Origin: an uncultured virus (IMG/VR IMGVR_UViG_3300006868_000019)
Taxonomy: Duplodnaviria > Heunggongvirae > Uroviricota > Caudoviricetes
Strand: one strand, 5' to 3'
Virus record (IMG/VR): IMGVR_UViG_3300006868_000019
DNA length: 20,000 nucleotides
The position numbers and the translations under genes were made by a program. How positions within the stretch are numbered: the stretch's first letter is position 1; each line of letters starts with the position of its first letter. Under the pieces are notes generated by a model. The model made no database searches. It was not told where the DNA came from and saw only the letters and a list, made by a program, of their open reading frames with translations. This document shows, piece by piece, positions 8,804-16,802 of this stretch.

Positions 8804-9404
8804 ACAAGGTAACTTCTTTGTCAAATGTCATAACATTTATTACAATCAACAATGGTTGATAGATGTATTAGATAGTTTGAAACCTAGTGATTGGGTAAAC
8901 GGAGTTAGTAGAACAGGCGTAGCATGGAATGTTAGTGAGTGTAGAAATATACCATATGAGAATATGTGGAAAGATATTGTAGAGAATATGAATTTAGATC
9001 AAGTCGGTAGTACAGAAAGAACATTCCATGGTGAAAAACCATGGGCATTCTTTTCTAAATTACCACCAGGTGGTATAAATTTACACTACGACCACAGACG
9101 TTGGGGTGCAATATTATTTCCTGTAAGAGGTAAGTTTGAACTCACACCTCAAATATTTGCAACAGAAAACTATACAGAAATAGAAAGATTTAATTTTGAA
9201 AAAAGTAAGATACATGATAATGGTACACCTGTATTTTTTGATAGCAGAGTTTTACATGCTGTACCTACACCTTTAGATTTAGAGGAAGAAAGAGTTGTAT
9301 TTTCTGTTAACATACACTCACATCCTACAGAAATGTTTAAGAAAGCTGTTGATGGTACATGGTTAAATAAGAATACAGAAAACATAGGTGTATCTAATGA
9401 CTAA
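8796..9404 (+). CDS. Fe(II)/2OG oxygenase-like protein (family A, copy 3)
   Basis: PGGINLHYDH...PVFFDSRVLHAVP...ERVVFS; clear paralog of 5711..6244. Confidence 0.75.
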   Translation: MVEQGNFFVKCHNIYYNQQWLIDVLDSLKPSDWVNGVSRTGVAWNVSECRNIPYENMWKDIVENMNLDQVGSTERTFHGEKPWAFFSKLPPGGINLHYDHRRWGAILFPVRGKFELTPQIFATENYTEIERFNFEKSKIHDNGTPVFFDSRVLHAVPTPLDLEEERVVFSVNIHSHPTEMFKKAVDGTWLNKNTENIGVSND

Positions 9405-9963
9405 TTTCTATTCTATACAAGCAGATAAAATGAAATTTAATTTAGATATGTTAGTTGATCTATACAAAACAGTAGATCAAACAAAGTGGGTACATAGACA
9501 AGATAAGTTACCACAGTATTGGCCTATTGATGAAAACAGCACGTTTGATCGTAACCATGAATTTTACAGACTACTAAAAGAAAACATAAATGCTGATATA
9601 GATGAAACGAGAGTATATTTCAGTAGAGTACATCCAGGTGGTATACCTAACCATTGGGATTTTGAAAATTTTACTAAACTACAATTTCCTGTTATATGTG
9701 ATGAAGAAGATAACGATTGGTCAAAGTCGCCTGTTATCTTTATAGATCAATTTGACCAAGTTGTAGAAAGAGTAGAACATACGAATAATACGCCTATAAT
9801 TTATAGTGCGAATTACATGCACGGAACAATCAAATCTTTAGATAATACAAACGATAGAATTACTTTTGTTGTTGATATTAAGTATTGGTTTGCCAGAGTT
9901 AGATCAAAATATAACAACGGTACTTTGTTTACAAACAACAAAGCGTTTTGGAGTATGGCATGA
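9397..9963 (+). CDS. Fe(II)/2OG oxygenase-like protein (family A, copy 4)
   Basis: PGGIPNHWD...PIIYSANYMHGT...DRITF; IDQFDQVVE matches YDQFNHPVE of 5711..6244. Start is 9397 (ATG) or 9388. Confidence 0.72.
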   Translation: MTNFYSIQADKMKFNLDMLVDLYKTVDQTKWVHRQDKLPQYWPIDENSTFDRNHEFYRLLKENINADIDETRVYFSRVHPGGIPNHWDFENFTKLQFPVICDEEDNDWSKSPVIFIDQFDQVVERVEHTNNTPIIYSANYMHGTIKSLDNTNDRITFVVDIKYWFARVRSKYNNGTLFTNNKAFWSMA

Positions 9964-10616
9964 ACAGGTGGGATATAACTGTTAAACAAAGTAACTATGA
10001 TTTCAATCCTTTTAGAGAAAGCGATCATGGTAAATACTTTAAGACAGTTACAAACATTTATGAGGACTGGTCAAAGGAATTAGAATATGCAAACAAGCAA
10101 CAATATGATTTCTATTGGCCTAGTCCTGTAAAACCAGGTGGCGATCATTTTGATTATGAGTATGAAAATAAACTAGTAGAAGATTGGGGTATACCTAAAG
10201 ACTTTGTAATCTACAGAATGTGGACTGCAACAAAGAAAGAGTGTCCTATATTGTGTGGTCTAGCAGACAAGTTAGGTTTAGAAGACGCACAGGTAAATAT
10301 ACAAACTCAAACTACAGGTATGATGTTACATTTACATATTGATAGTTTAACAGGTTTAAGAAAAGAGAGAAAAGATCAATCATCAAGCAGAGCAACTGAT
10401 CCTGAATGGGGTAGAGTTTTTGTTATGTTAGAAGATTGGAAACCAGGTCATATTATTCAATTTGGGAATACATATGTACCACCATGGAAAGCAGGTGATG
10501 TAGTATGGTTTGATTGGGCAAACATACCACATAGTACTGCTAACACAGGACCATGGCCTAGAACAATTGCAAAAATAACAGGTAAACAAACGCCTAAATA
10601 TAAAAAACTACTATAG
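9960..10616 (+). CDS. Fe(II)/2OG oxygenase-like (cupin/DSBH) protein
   Basis: GMMLHLHID...RVFVMLEDWKPG...WKAGDVVWFDWANIPHSTANTGPWPR; ATGA overlap at 9960-9963. Confidence 0.78.
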   Translation: MNRWDITVKQSNYDFNPFRESDHGKYFKTVTNIYEDWSKELEYANKQQYDFYWPSPVKPGGDHFDYEYENKLVEDWGIPKDFVIYRMWTATKKECPILCGLADKLGLEDAQVNIQTQTTGMMLHLHIDSLTGLRKERKDQSSSRATDPEWGRVFVMLEDWKPGHIIQFGNTYVPPWKAGDVVWFDWANIPHSTANTGPWPRTIAKITGKQTPKYKKLL

Positions 10617-10624
10617 GATAAATT

Positions 10625-12265
10625 ATGAGATTATTGATTATATTATTATTTTTATTTGTATCTACAAAAACTTTCGCTGAAGACAATCGTTTTGATTGTA
10701 GTTGGGATGATGACCCACCTTGTATAGTGATTCCTGTAGGTAGCTTAAATAATTCAAACGCATTAGGTGATAGAATAACACCTACAACAACAATTACAAA
10801 AACAGAAATAAGAGAACACAATCTAATTGATTTACCAAGTGTTTTAAATTACGTATCAACACTAGACGTTACACAATCAGGACCAAAAGGACAAACTGGT
10901 TCTGTATTTTTAAGAGGTACAAACTCTAATCACACTTTAGTTTTATTGAATGGTATACCTATCAATGATACATCAACACCTACAGGTGCATTTGACGTTG
11001 GGCAAGACTTTATGTTTAACGTTGTACAAATAAATGTATATAAAGGTGGTGCAGGTGCTCATTGGGGTGCAGACGCTGTAGGTGGTGCAATTAATTTTAT
11101 AACAACTGTAGATTACGATAAAAGATATAATGTATCAGGTAATGGTAATGATAAAACTATAAGTGGTAATTATTATACTAGATTAAATGACTTTGATATA
11201 TCTGTTTCAGCAGGTGAACATGAGTCTAAAAATGTTTCTGCTTTATCAGGTGCTGATGAAAAAGACGGTACAAAAAATCAGACTATAGGTGTCAATGTAA
11301 GTAAATGGTATGATATGATACATTGGCGAGCATCTTGGTTTACAAGAAATACGTTTACAGATATTGATGGTCATAGTCTTGCTGTACAAGATGACAAATG
11401 GTCTGATAATAGTTTTTATGCTTTTCAAACAGGTATAGATTACTTTAATAATAGTTTAACTTTTCATACACACGAATATGAAAGAATTTATGATGACGCT
11501 AATTATGATAGTCAAAATTGGTCGTTAAGAGGTGTTCATCAAAGACAAAATTGGGGAATAGGTTTTGATTATAAACATGATGAAAATTATGGTAAATCTG
11601 CATGGTCAGAAAACACAGGTAGAAATCATGGCATGGGATACTTCTTTAATTTTTCATACAACATATTATCATATCATCATAGATTTGATGAAGACCATGA
11701 AACTTATAAAATAGGATTCTTACAAGAATTAGACGATGGTTTAAGTATAAGTGGTAGTCACTCAACGTCATATAAAGATAAAACATTATACAGCGATGTA
11801 GTATATGGTGACTCACAAGAGGTAACGTTAACTAAAAATAACTTTGCTACTACTATCTTTCAAAATGATATAGGTGATCTGAATACAAATGGTGTAGAGA
11901 TGTCATATAATACAGGTGATTGGAAACTTTTTGCAAGTAATTTAACAAGTAAAACAAAAGATGTATTATCATTAAGAAGACCAGAATGGTCACTTGGTTT
12001 TATTCACAATAAGAAGTTTGAAAATAACTTTACTTTAACTACTAACTACAAATACAAAGGTAAACATTTAGATATACATAACTCAAACTGGTCTACAATA
12101 TCAATGCCAGAAACACATTTAGTTGATTTAAATCTAGGTTATAACTATCATGGATTTAATTTTGGTGTAAGTCTAAACAATCTATTGAATGAGAAGTATG
12201 AATCACCTCATGGTTTCTCACAAGAAGGTAGAAAGTTTACTTTAGGTTTTAACAAATCATTTTAA
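10625..12265 (+). CDS. btuB: TonB-dependent outer-membrane receptor, BtuB (cobalamin)-like
   Basis: Signal peptide; plug motifs SVFLRGTNSNHTLVLLNGIPIND and VYKGGAGAHWGADAVGGAINFIT (compare BtuB IRGTNASHVLVLIDG and YGSDAIGGVVNIIT); LRRP, NNLLNEKYE, C-terminal GRKFTLGFNKSF ending in Phe. The TBDT call is firm; B12 specificity is inferred. Confidence 0.8.
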   Translation: MRLLIILLFLFVSTKTFAEDNRFDCSWDDDPPCIVIPVGSLNNSNALGDRITPTTTITKTEIREHNLIDLPSVLNYVSTLDVTQSGPKGQTGSVFLRGTNSNHTLVLLNGIPINDTSTPTGAFDVGQDFMFNVVQINVYKGGAGAHWGADAVGGAINFITTVDYDKRYNVSGNGNDKTISGNYYTRLNDFDISVSAGEHESKNVSALSGADEKDGTKNQTIGVNVSKWYDMIHWRASWFTRNTFTDIDGHSLAVQDDKWSDNSFYAFQTGIDYFNNSLTFHTHEYERIYDDANYDSQNWSLRGVHQRQNWGIGFDYKHDENYGKSAWSENTGRNHGMGYFFNFSYNILSYHHRFDEDHETYKIGFLQELDDGLSISGSHSTSYKDKTLYSDVVYGDSQEVTLTKNNFATTIFQNDIGDLNTNGVEMSYNTGDWKLFASNLTSKTKDVLSLRRPEWSLGFIHNKKFENNFTLTTNYKYKGKHLDIHNSNWSTISMPETHLVDLNLGYNYHGFNFGVSLNNLLNEKYESPHGFSQEGRKFTLGFNKSF

Positions 12266-13551
12266 TGTACGATACAATATTTTGGGCTATAATAGGAACT
12301 TTAAGTGGTGTCATCTTTGGTGTAATACCAGGTGCAGGACCTTTTGTTGCAACGGCAACTCTATATCCTTTTCTAACACATATAGAGCCTGTCAATGTTA
12401 TGATGTATTACGTAACAGTTTTGATTGCAACTAATTATACAAATAGTGTAACTGCTATTCTGTATGGTATACCTGGTGACGCCACAGCAATGAGTACTGC
12501 AAGATATGGTCACAAATTATTCTTAAAAGGTTTTGGTAATCTAGCAGTTGCTTCTAACGCTGTAAGTAGTACAGTAGGAGTTATATTTGCTTTTACTGTT
12601 TTTATTTTTGTATTGCCTTGGATCATAGAAGTTTTTAGATTTTATAATAGTGTACTACAGACAGTTATTGTTGCAGCTGCAATTATAATGATTACACTAT
12701 TGACAAAACAAAATAAATTGTTTACAATAATACTGTTTTTATTCGGAGGCATGATTGCAAAAGTAGGTATAGACCCTATTACATTTGATAGTTTTTTGAC
12801 TTTCAATAACTCATACCTCGCAATCGGAATACCTTTTGCAAGTGTGATGATAGGATTATACATAGTGCCAGAACTAACAAAGTTAAATAGTTTTAAAGTA
12901 GAAGTACCTAAACGTATAAATACTTTTACAGTTGGTAAAGATACAACTACGCCTACACTCATAGGAAGTTTTGTAGGATTTTGGTGTGGTCTTATACCAG
13001 GTGTAACAAATATTCTTGGCAGTTATGCAAGTGCAAATATTGTTAAAAGGTTTTTCAAAAAACCTGTACTTAAAAGCATAGCAGCCGCAGAGGCAGCAAA
13101 TAATAGTGGCGCCTTATCATCACTATTGCCTTTGCTTATACTAGCGATACCCATTACGGGAAGTGAAGTTTTGATTTATTATATTATGTTAGAAGATGGT
13201 TTCGTTTTCAACGCTCAAAATACAGTCAAACATTTAGAAAGTATAATTTATATTATACCCTTTGTTACTGCCTTTTGTTTGGGGTTAAGCTGGTACGGTT
13301 TCAATCTGTTAGGTAAGATTGCATATCTCTATAAACAATATAGAACAATTGCAAACATCTTACTTCTCTCAATAATTAGCATTGCAAGTATATCAATATT
13401 CGCCATACGTGAATGGATGATTATCTGTATATTTGTTTTGTCTATAATCGGGTTCTTAATTAGACGCTGGGATACTAGTCCTATTATTTACGGATACTTT
13501 CTAAGCGATCTATTTTACGAAAATTTAATTAGAACATTAATAATCTTATAG
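12265..13551 (+). CDS. tctA: Tripartite tricarboxylate transporter large permease (TctA family)
   Basis: Very hydrophobic; GVIPGAG, AILYGIPGDATAMSTARYGH, GLIPG, AAAEAANNSG, LLPLLILAIP are TctA hallmarks. Confidence 0.9.
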   Translation: MYDTIFWAIIGTLSGVIFGVIPGAGPFVATATLYPFLTHIEPVNVMMYYVTVLIATNYTNSVTAILYGIPGDATAMSTARYGHKLFLKGFGNLAVASNAVSSTVGVIFAFTVFIFVLPWIIEVFRFYNSVLQTVIVAAAIIMITLLTKQNKLFTIILFLFGGMIAKVGIDPITFDSFLTFNNSYLAIGIPFASVMIGLYIVPELTKLNSFKVEVPKRINTFTVGKDTTTPTLIGSFVGFWCGLIPGVTNILGSYASANIVKRFFKKPVLKSIAAAEAANNSGALSSLLPLLILAIPITGSEVLIYYIMLEDGFVFNAQNTVKHLESIIYIIPFVTAFCLGLSWYGFNLLGKIAYLYKQYRTIANILLLSIISIASISIFAIREWMIICIFVLSIIGFLIRRWDTSPIIYGYFLSDLFYENLIRTLIIL

Positions 13552-13562
13552 GAGATAAAAAA

Positions 13563-14339
13563 ATGAAAAAAATAATGTTAATAATAATGAGTATGTTGTT
13601 CAGTACAATGGCATATGCTCAAGTACAAATAATCAATCCTGGTTCACAAGAAGGTGTCTTCAGACAAATTCTTTCTACAATAGGTGATACAACTGACCAT
13701 AACTTTGTTCAGGCAGATAATCCAGTTACTGCATACACTTATATTGAAGGTGAATCTAATAAACCTATCTTAACGATATGGTCTAGTGAATGGCCAGGTG
13801 ACGATAGTTTGAAAAGTCCGAAAGTATCTAAAGATAACATTGTAGCTTTAATGACATATGAAACTCTTATGTGTAGTAGAGCATACAATTCACTTGAAGA
13901 TATGGGTGGACAAACTGTTAAGATTGCGACATGGGGATCAGAACCAGTTGCAAAATTCTTAAAAAATTTAGGTGCAAAATATGATGTAAATTTTGTAGTT
14001 GTACCTTATTCTGGCAGCGGAAGTACTACTAAAGGTTATGTTGGCAAAGACGCCGATACTGTCTTTACAATTACTTCACGTCAAGCCGCATTAGAGGAAG
14101 ATGGTTCTAAATGTATTGCCTTTTCAGAAAAAGGTGAATTAGGTTTTAGATTTGTTGACGCAATCATCACCATTAATGCTAACTACGCCTTAACAAATGA
14201 ATTACGTTCTGCTGTAACAAACCTCTCTACAACTACCGAGTGGAATAGTAAATTCAAAGGCTCTGTAACTTATGTTGGAAATGGTTCTAATCAAACTATA
14301 GAAATGTTTGAAGAGGCTGTTGCTAACTTTAGTAAGTAA
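13563..14339 (+). CDS. tctC: TctC/Bug-like periplasmic substrate-binding protein (divergent)
   Basis: Signal peptide ending AYA; IINPGSQEG; VVVPYSGSGSTTKGYVGKDAD resembles the TctC VPYxGGG...GxxD motif; follows tctA; SD AGGAG. Confidence 0.7.
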   Translation: MKKIMLIIMSMLFSTMAYAQVQIINPGSQEGVFRQILSTIGDTTDHNFVQADNPVTAYTYIEGESNKPILTIWSSEWPGDDSLKSPKVSKDNIVALMTYETLMCSRAYNSLEDMGGQTVKIATWGSEPVAKFLKNLGAKYDVNFVVVPYSGSGSTTKGYVGKDADTVFTITSRQAALEEDGSKCIAFSEKGELGFRFVDAIITINANYALTNELRSAVTNLSTTTEWNSKFKGSVTYVGNGSNQTIEMFEEAVANFSK

Positions 14340-15657
14340 TACAATTATGTAAGAGCTGGTTGGCATCCTTATAGTTGTCAAACAGCTCTTGCTGATCTCT
14401 ACCAGTTATGTTAAGATTTACATTAAACTTTTTGTTTTGTAGATTTTGAAATTCAGGTATATTCATACCGACTTCTAACTTCTTATTCAGATAATTTAGA
14501 TATTGTTCAACGATTTCTATATTCTTTATTTCTTTAATTACACCAGGTTTTAATTGAGTACAACCCCATAGTAGATGATTTGTAATTTCTGGTTCTTTGT
14601 TGTTACCTATATTGTTAAATATATTATTGCCAGGTAACTTATCTAATATATTAATAAACTGACCTATACGTGTATTAAAGTCTATTGCAATTAATTTTTT
14701 ACCTGATATGTGAAAGTCAGGACCTGCAAAGTACATATCTTTTACTTTTAGTTTATCAACTATAGTCTGTACGAAACCATACATTATTCTATGTTGCTCT
14801 TCATCTACTTCACTCACAGGTATAGACCATACTGCCATATCTTTTGCGATATCACTTTTCTTACTGATTGAATGTTGATCTATAGGATTTTTATGAAAGT
14901 CTAATATGTCGCCATACTTTACTTTAGCATTTCTTACATAGAATAAACAATCTACTTTACCATCTTTAACATAACCATAAGGTGATATAGATGGCTCTTC
15001 AGACCAATAGTATTCTTGTGCCATAATTTTACAAGGTACATTATTAAAGTTTTCATTTTGAATACCTGTTTTATTGATTTCAAAAAAATCATTATGATAA
15101 TTTAGTTTACTTAAATGATCTAAAAAATGATGTTTGTTATTCCATCTTCTATACTCTATTATAGGTGTATTCTGATCTGATTTAGGATAGAAAGAATTAC
15201 TACCAGTACCGATGTCAGGTTTTGTAAAAAACTCATTGCCATCAAATACATCTAGTTGACTATGAAAGGTAGGTGTAATACTTTTAGGTACGTTATGTTG
15301 TAGTCCTATTACTCTACAAAAATCATCAAGTTTCTGTTTATTACTAAACACTTCAGCTGCAAAGGCAGACATATTGTTTATACCGTAATAACTTTCTAAT
15401 TGTGCTTGAATAGGAAATAAATTTTCTGATACACAAAACACTTTATCACAAGATATAATTTGTTTTGTGATTTCTATTATATCAAACTTCTTTGATACAA
15501 CTAAATCGTCTATGTGTTTTATGAAAGGTTTGTAGCGATCGCCTGACTTGTTTGGCACCACATCACAAACCAATGTGATGTGGTTATTTAAATTCGCTGT
15601 GATAAGACCTTCGGTCTTGTTAAGACTACGCTTATGTGATAATATAACTACATTCAT
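14329..15657 (-). CDS. ATP-grasp ligase, L-amino-acid ligase-like
   Basis: FSNKQKL, FFTKPDIGTGS, IMAQEY, PDFH...IAIDFNTRIG (E-x-N-x-R with D). The C-terminal KPGVIKEIKN...VG...NITGRDQQE resembles the LAL C-terminal domain. Confidence 0.85.
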   Translation of the reverse strand: MNVVILSHKRSLNKTEGLITANLNNHITLVCDVVPNKSGDRYKPFIKHIDDLVVSKKFDIIEITKQIISCDKVFCVSENLFPIQAQLESYYGINNMSAFAAEVFSNKQKLDDFCRVIGLQHNVPKSITPTFHSQLDVFDGNEFFTKPDIGTGSNSFYPKSDQNTPIIEYRRWNNKHHFLDHLSKLNYHNDFFEINKTGIQNENFNNVPCKIMAQEYYWSEEPSISPYGYVKDGKVDCLFYVRNAKVKYGDILDFHKNPIDQHSISKKSDIAKDMAVWSIPVSEVDEEQHRIMYGFVQTIVDKLKVKDMYFAGPDFHISGKKLIAIDFNTRIGQFINILDKLPGNNIFNNIGNNKEPEITNHLLWGCTQLKPGVIKEIKNIEIVEQYLNYLNKKLEVGMNIPEFQNLQNKKFNVNLNITGRDQQELFDNYKDANQLLHNCITY

Positions 15658-15688
15658 TCATAATATATATGTGTTGATTAAATATTAA

Positions 15689-16039
15689 CTATTCAGCTGA
15701 TGTATCAAAATGATTCAAAACTCTTTCATCCGTAACAACCGCTCCTAATTCTTCAGAATTTATAAGATCATCAACAACTGGTAAAGCAGCTGCTTTTTCT
15801 TTCCACTCTTTGTATAAAGCTTCAGTTTCAAATTCTTTTACAATTAAAACTGATTTCTTATCATCATTTAAAGTAGCATACTTATCTATTACATATAGTG
15901 CTTCGTTGTTAATGTGTTGGTTTATGTCATCTTCGCTTATTTCTGTTGATGAACTTTTATTAAAAAATTCCTCTACTGATCCAAACGTTAACGACTCATT
16001 TTTATTAGTTAATTTCCATTGTTGAATATGTGTTTCCAT
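15689..16039 (-). CDS. Small acidic hypothetical protein, paralog of 16039..16404
   Basis: TFGSVEEFF...LNDDKKSVLIVKEFE...YKEWKEK...LP aligns with its neighbour; TAATG coupling. Confidence 0.75.
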   Translation of the reverse strand: METHIQQWKLTNKNESLTFGSVEEFFNKSSSTEISEDDINQHINNEALYVIDKYATLNDDKKSVLIVKEFETEALYKEWKEKAAALPVVDDLINSEELGAVVTDERVLNHFDTSAE

Positions 16040-16404
16040 TAGTTAAACTCCTCTATTGTTTCAGTTTTTCCGTTATCGTTTGTACCCCAAGGTGTTATTT
16101 CTGCAAACAATCCTTCTTGTTCCGATAAATTAAAATCTATATTGGGCAATAAGCTTCTTTTCTTTTTCCATTCGTTATACATTGTAATGTTTTCAAATCT
16201 TCTAACAATTATAACTGCTTTGTTGTCATTTGTTAAGACACCCATTTTTTCATATATATAAGTTTTATTTACTTCTTCGTGTGCCTTTAAATCTTCTTCA
16301 TCTGTAGTTCCAGTATATGCTGAGTCAAAAAATTCATCAACTGACTCATAAGTTTTGTTTGGATCTACTAAATTTTTATATAAAAATTGTATATCTATTG
16401 CCAT
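16039..16404 (-). CDS. Small acidic hypothetical protein, paralog of 15689..16039
   Basis: TYESVDEFF...LTNDNKAVIIVRRFE...YNEWKKK...LP; SD GGGGT upstream; follows the minus-strand late promoter. Confidence 0.75.
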   Translation of the reverse strand: MAIDIQFLYKNLVDPNKTYESVDEFFDSAYTGTTDEEDLKAHEEVNKTYIYEKMGVLTNDNKAVIIVRRFENITMYNEWKKKRSLLPNIDFNLSEQEGLFAEITPWGTNDNGKTETIEEFN

Positions 16405-16432
16405 AATTTAACCCCAAATTGATTAATACTAT

Positions 16433-16450
16433 TATTTATACGTATAAATA
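16433..16450. promoter_or_regulatory. Back-to-back divergent T4-type late promoters (perfect 18-bp palindrome)
   Basis: TATTTATA-CG-TATAAATA in the 51-bp gap between divergent genes. Confidence 0.85.
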
Positions 16451-16455
16451 CTACT

Positions 16456-16791
16456 ATGGCAGCTACAGCTAATTATAATATAGACCAAGGTGCAACTTTC
16501 AGTTCAACTGTAACCGTAAGGGATAACAGCGGAGATCCGTTAGATTTAACGGGTTATACGGCAACTGCAAAAATGGCTTTGGGATATAGTTCCACAAGAA
16601 CGAGAACAGATTTAACTATTGTGTTTGATAGTGATAGAACATCAGGAAATGTTACAATGTCATTAACTGCAACACAAACGGCTGCTTTAGAAGCGCCTGC
16701 AAGATATGTTTATGATTTAGACATAACAGATTCTTCAGGAACAGTAACAAGAATAATTGAAGGTCTAATTACAACTAGACCTAACGTATAA
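16456..16791 (+). CDS. Putative virion structural protein (beta-rich, baseplate/fibre-associated)
   Basis: NIDQGATF...PLDLTGYTATAKM...LTATQT...RYVYDLDI...TRIIEG, a pattern recalled from small structural proteins of marine T4-like phages; directly after a late promoter. Confidence 0.65.
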   Translation: MAATANYNIDQGATFSSTVTVRDNSGDPLDLTGYTATAKMALGYSSTRTRTDLTIVFDSDRTSGNVTMSLTATQTAALEAPARYVYDLDITDSSGTVTRIIEGLITTRPNV

Positions 16792-16802
16792 TAGGAGAAA
16801 AT

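Noticed and set aside
2050..10616. Reading the cluster as a DNA hypermodification or queuosine/7-deazaguanine pathway
   Set aside because: No thymidylate synthase-like, kinase, DpdA/TGT, QueC/D or FolE genes are in the window, and the context is late/structural. Not excluded, but unsupported.
10560..10625. Cobalamin riboswitch upstream of the btuB-like gene
   Set aside because: Only 8 nt intergenic, and no B12-box-like sequence was recognised.
12912..12924. ACGTATAAATACT inside tctA, identical to 16440-16452
   Set aside because: It could be an internal late promoter for tctC, but it is about 640 nt upstream and within coding sequence, so chance cannot be excluded.
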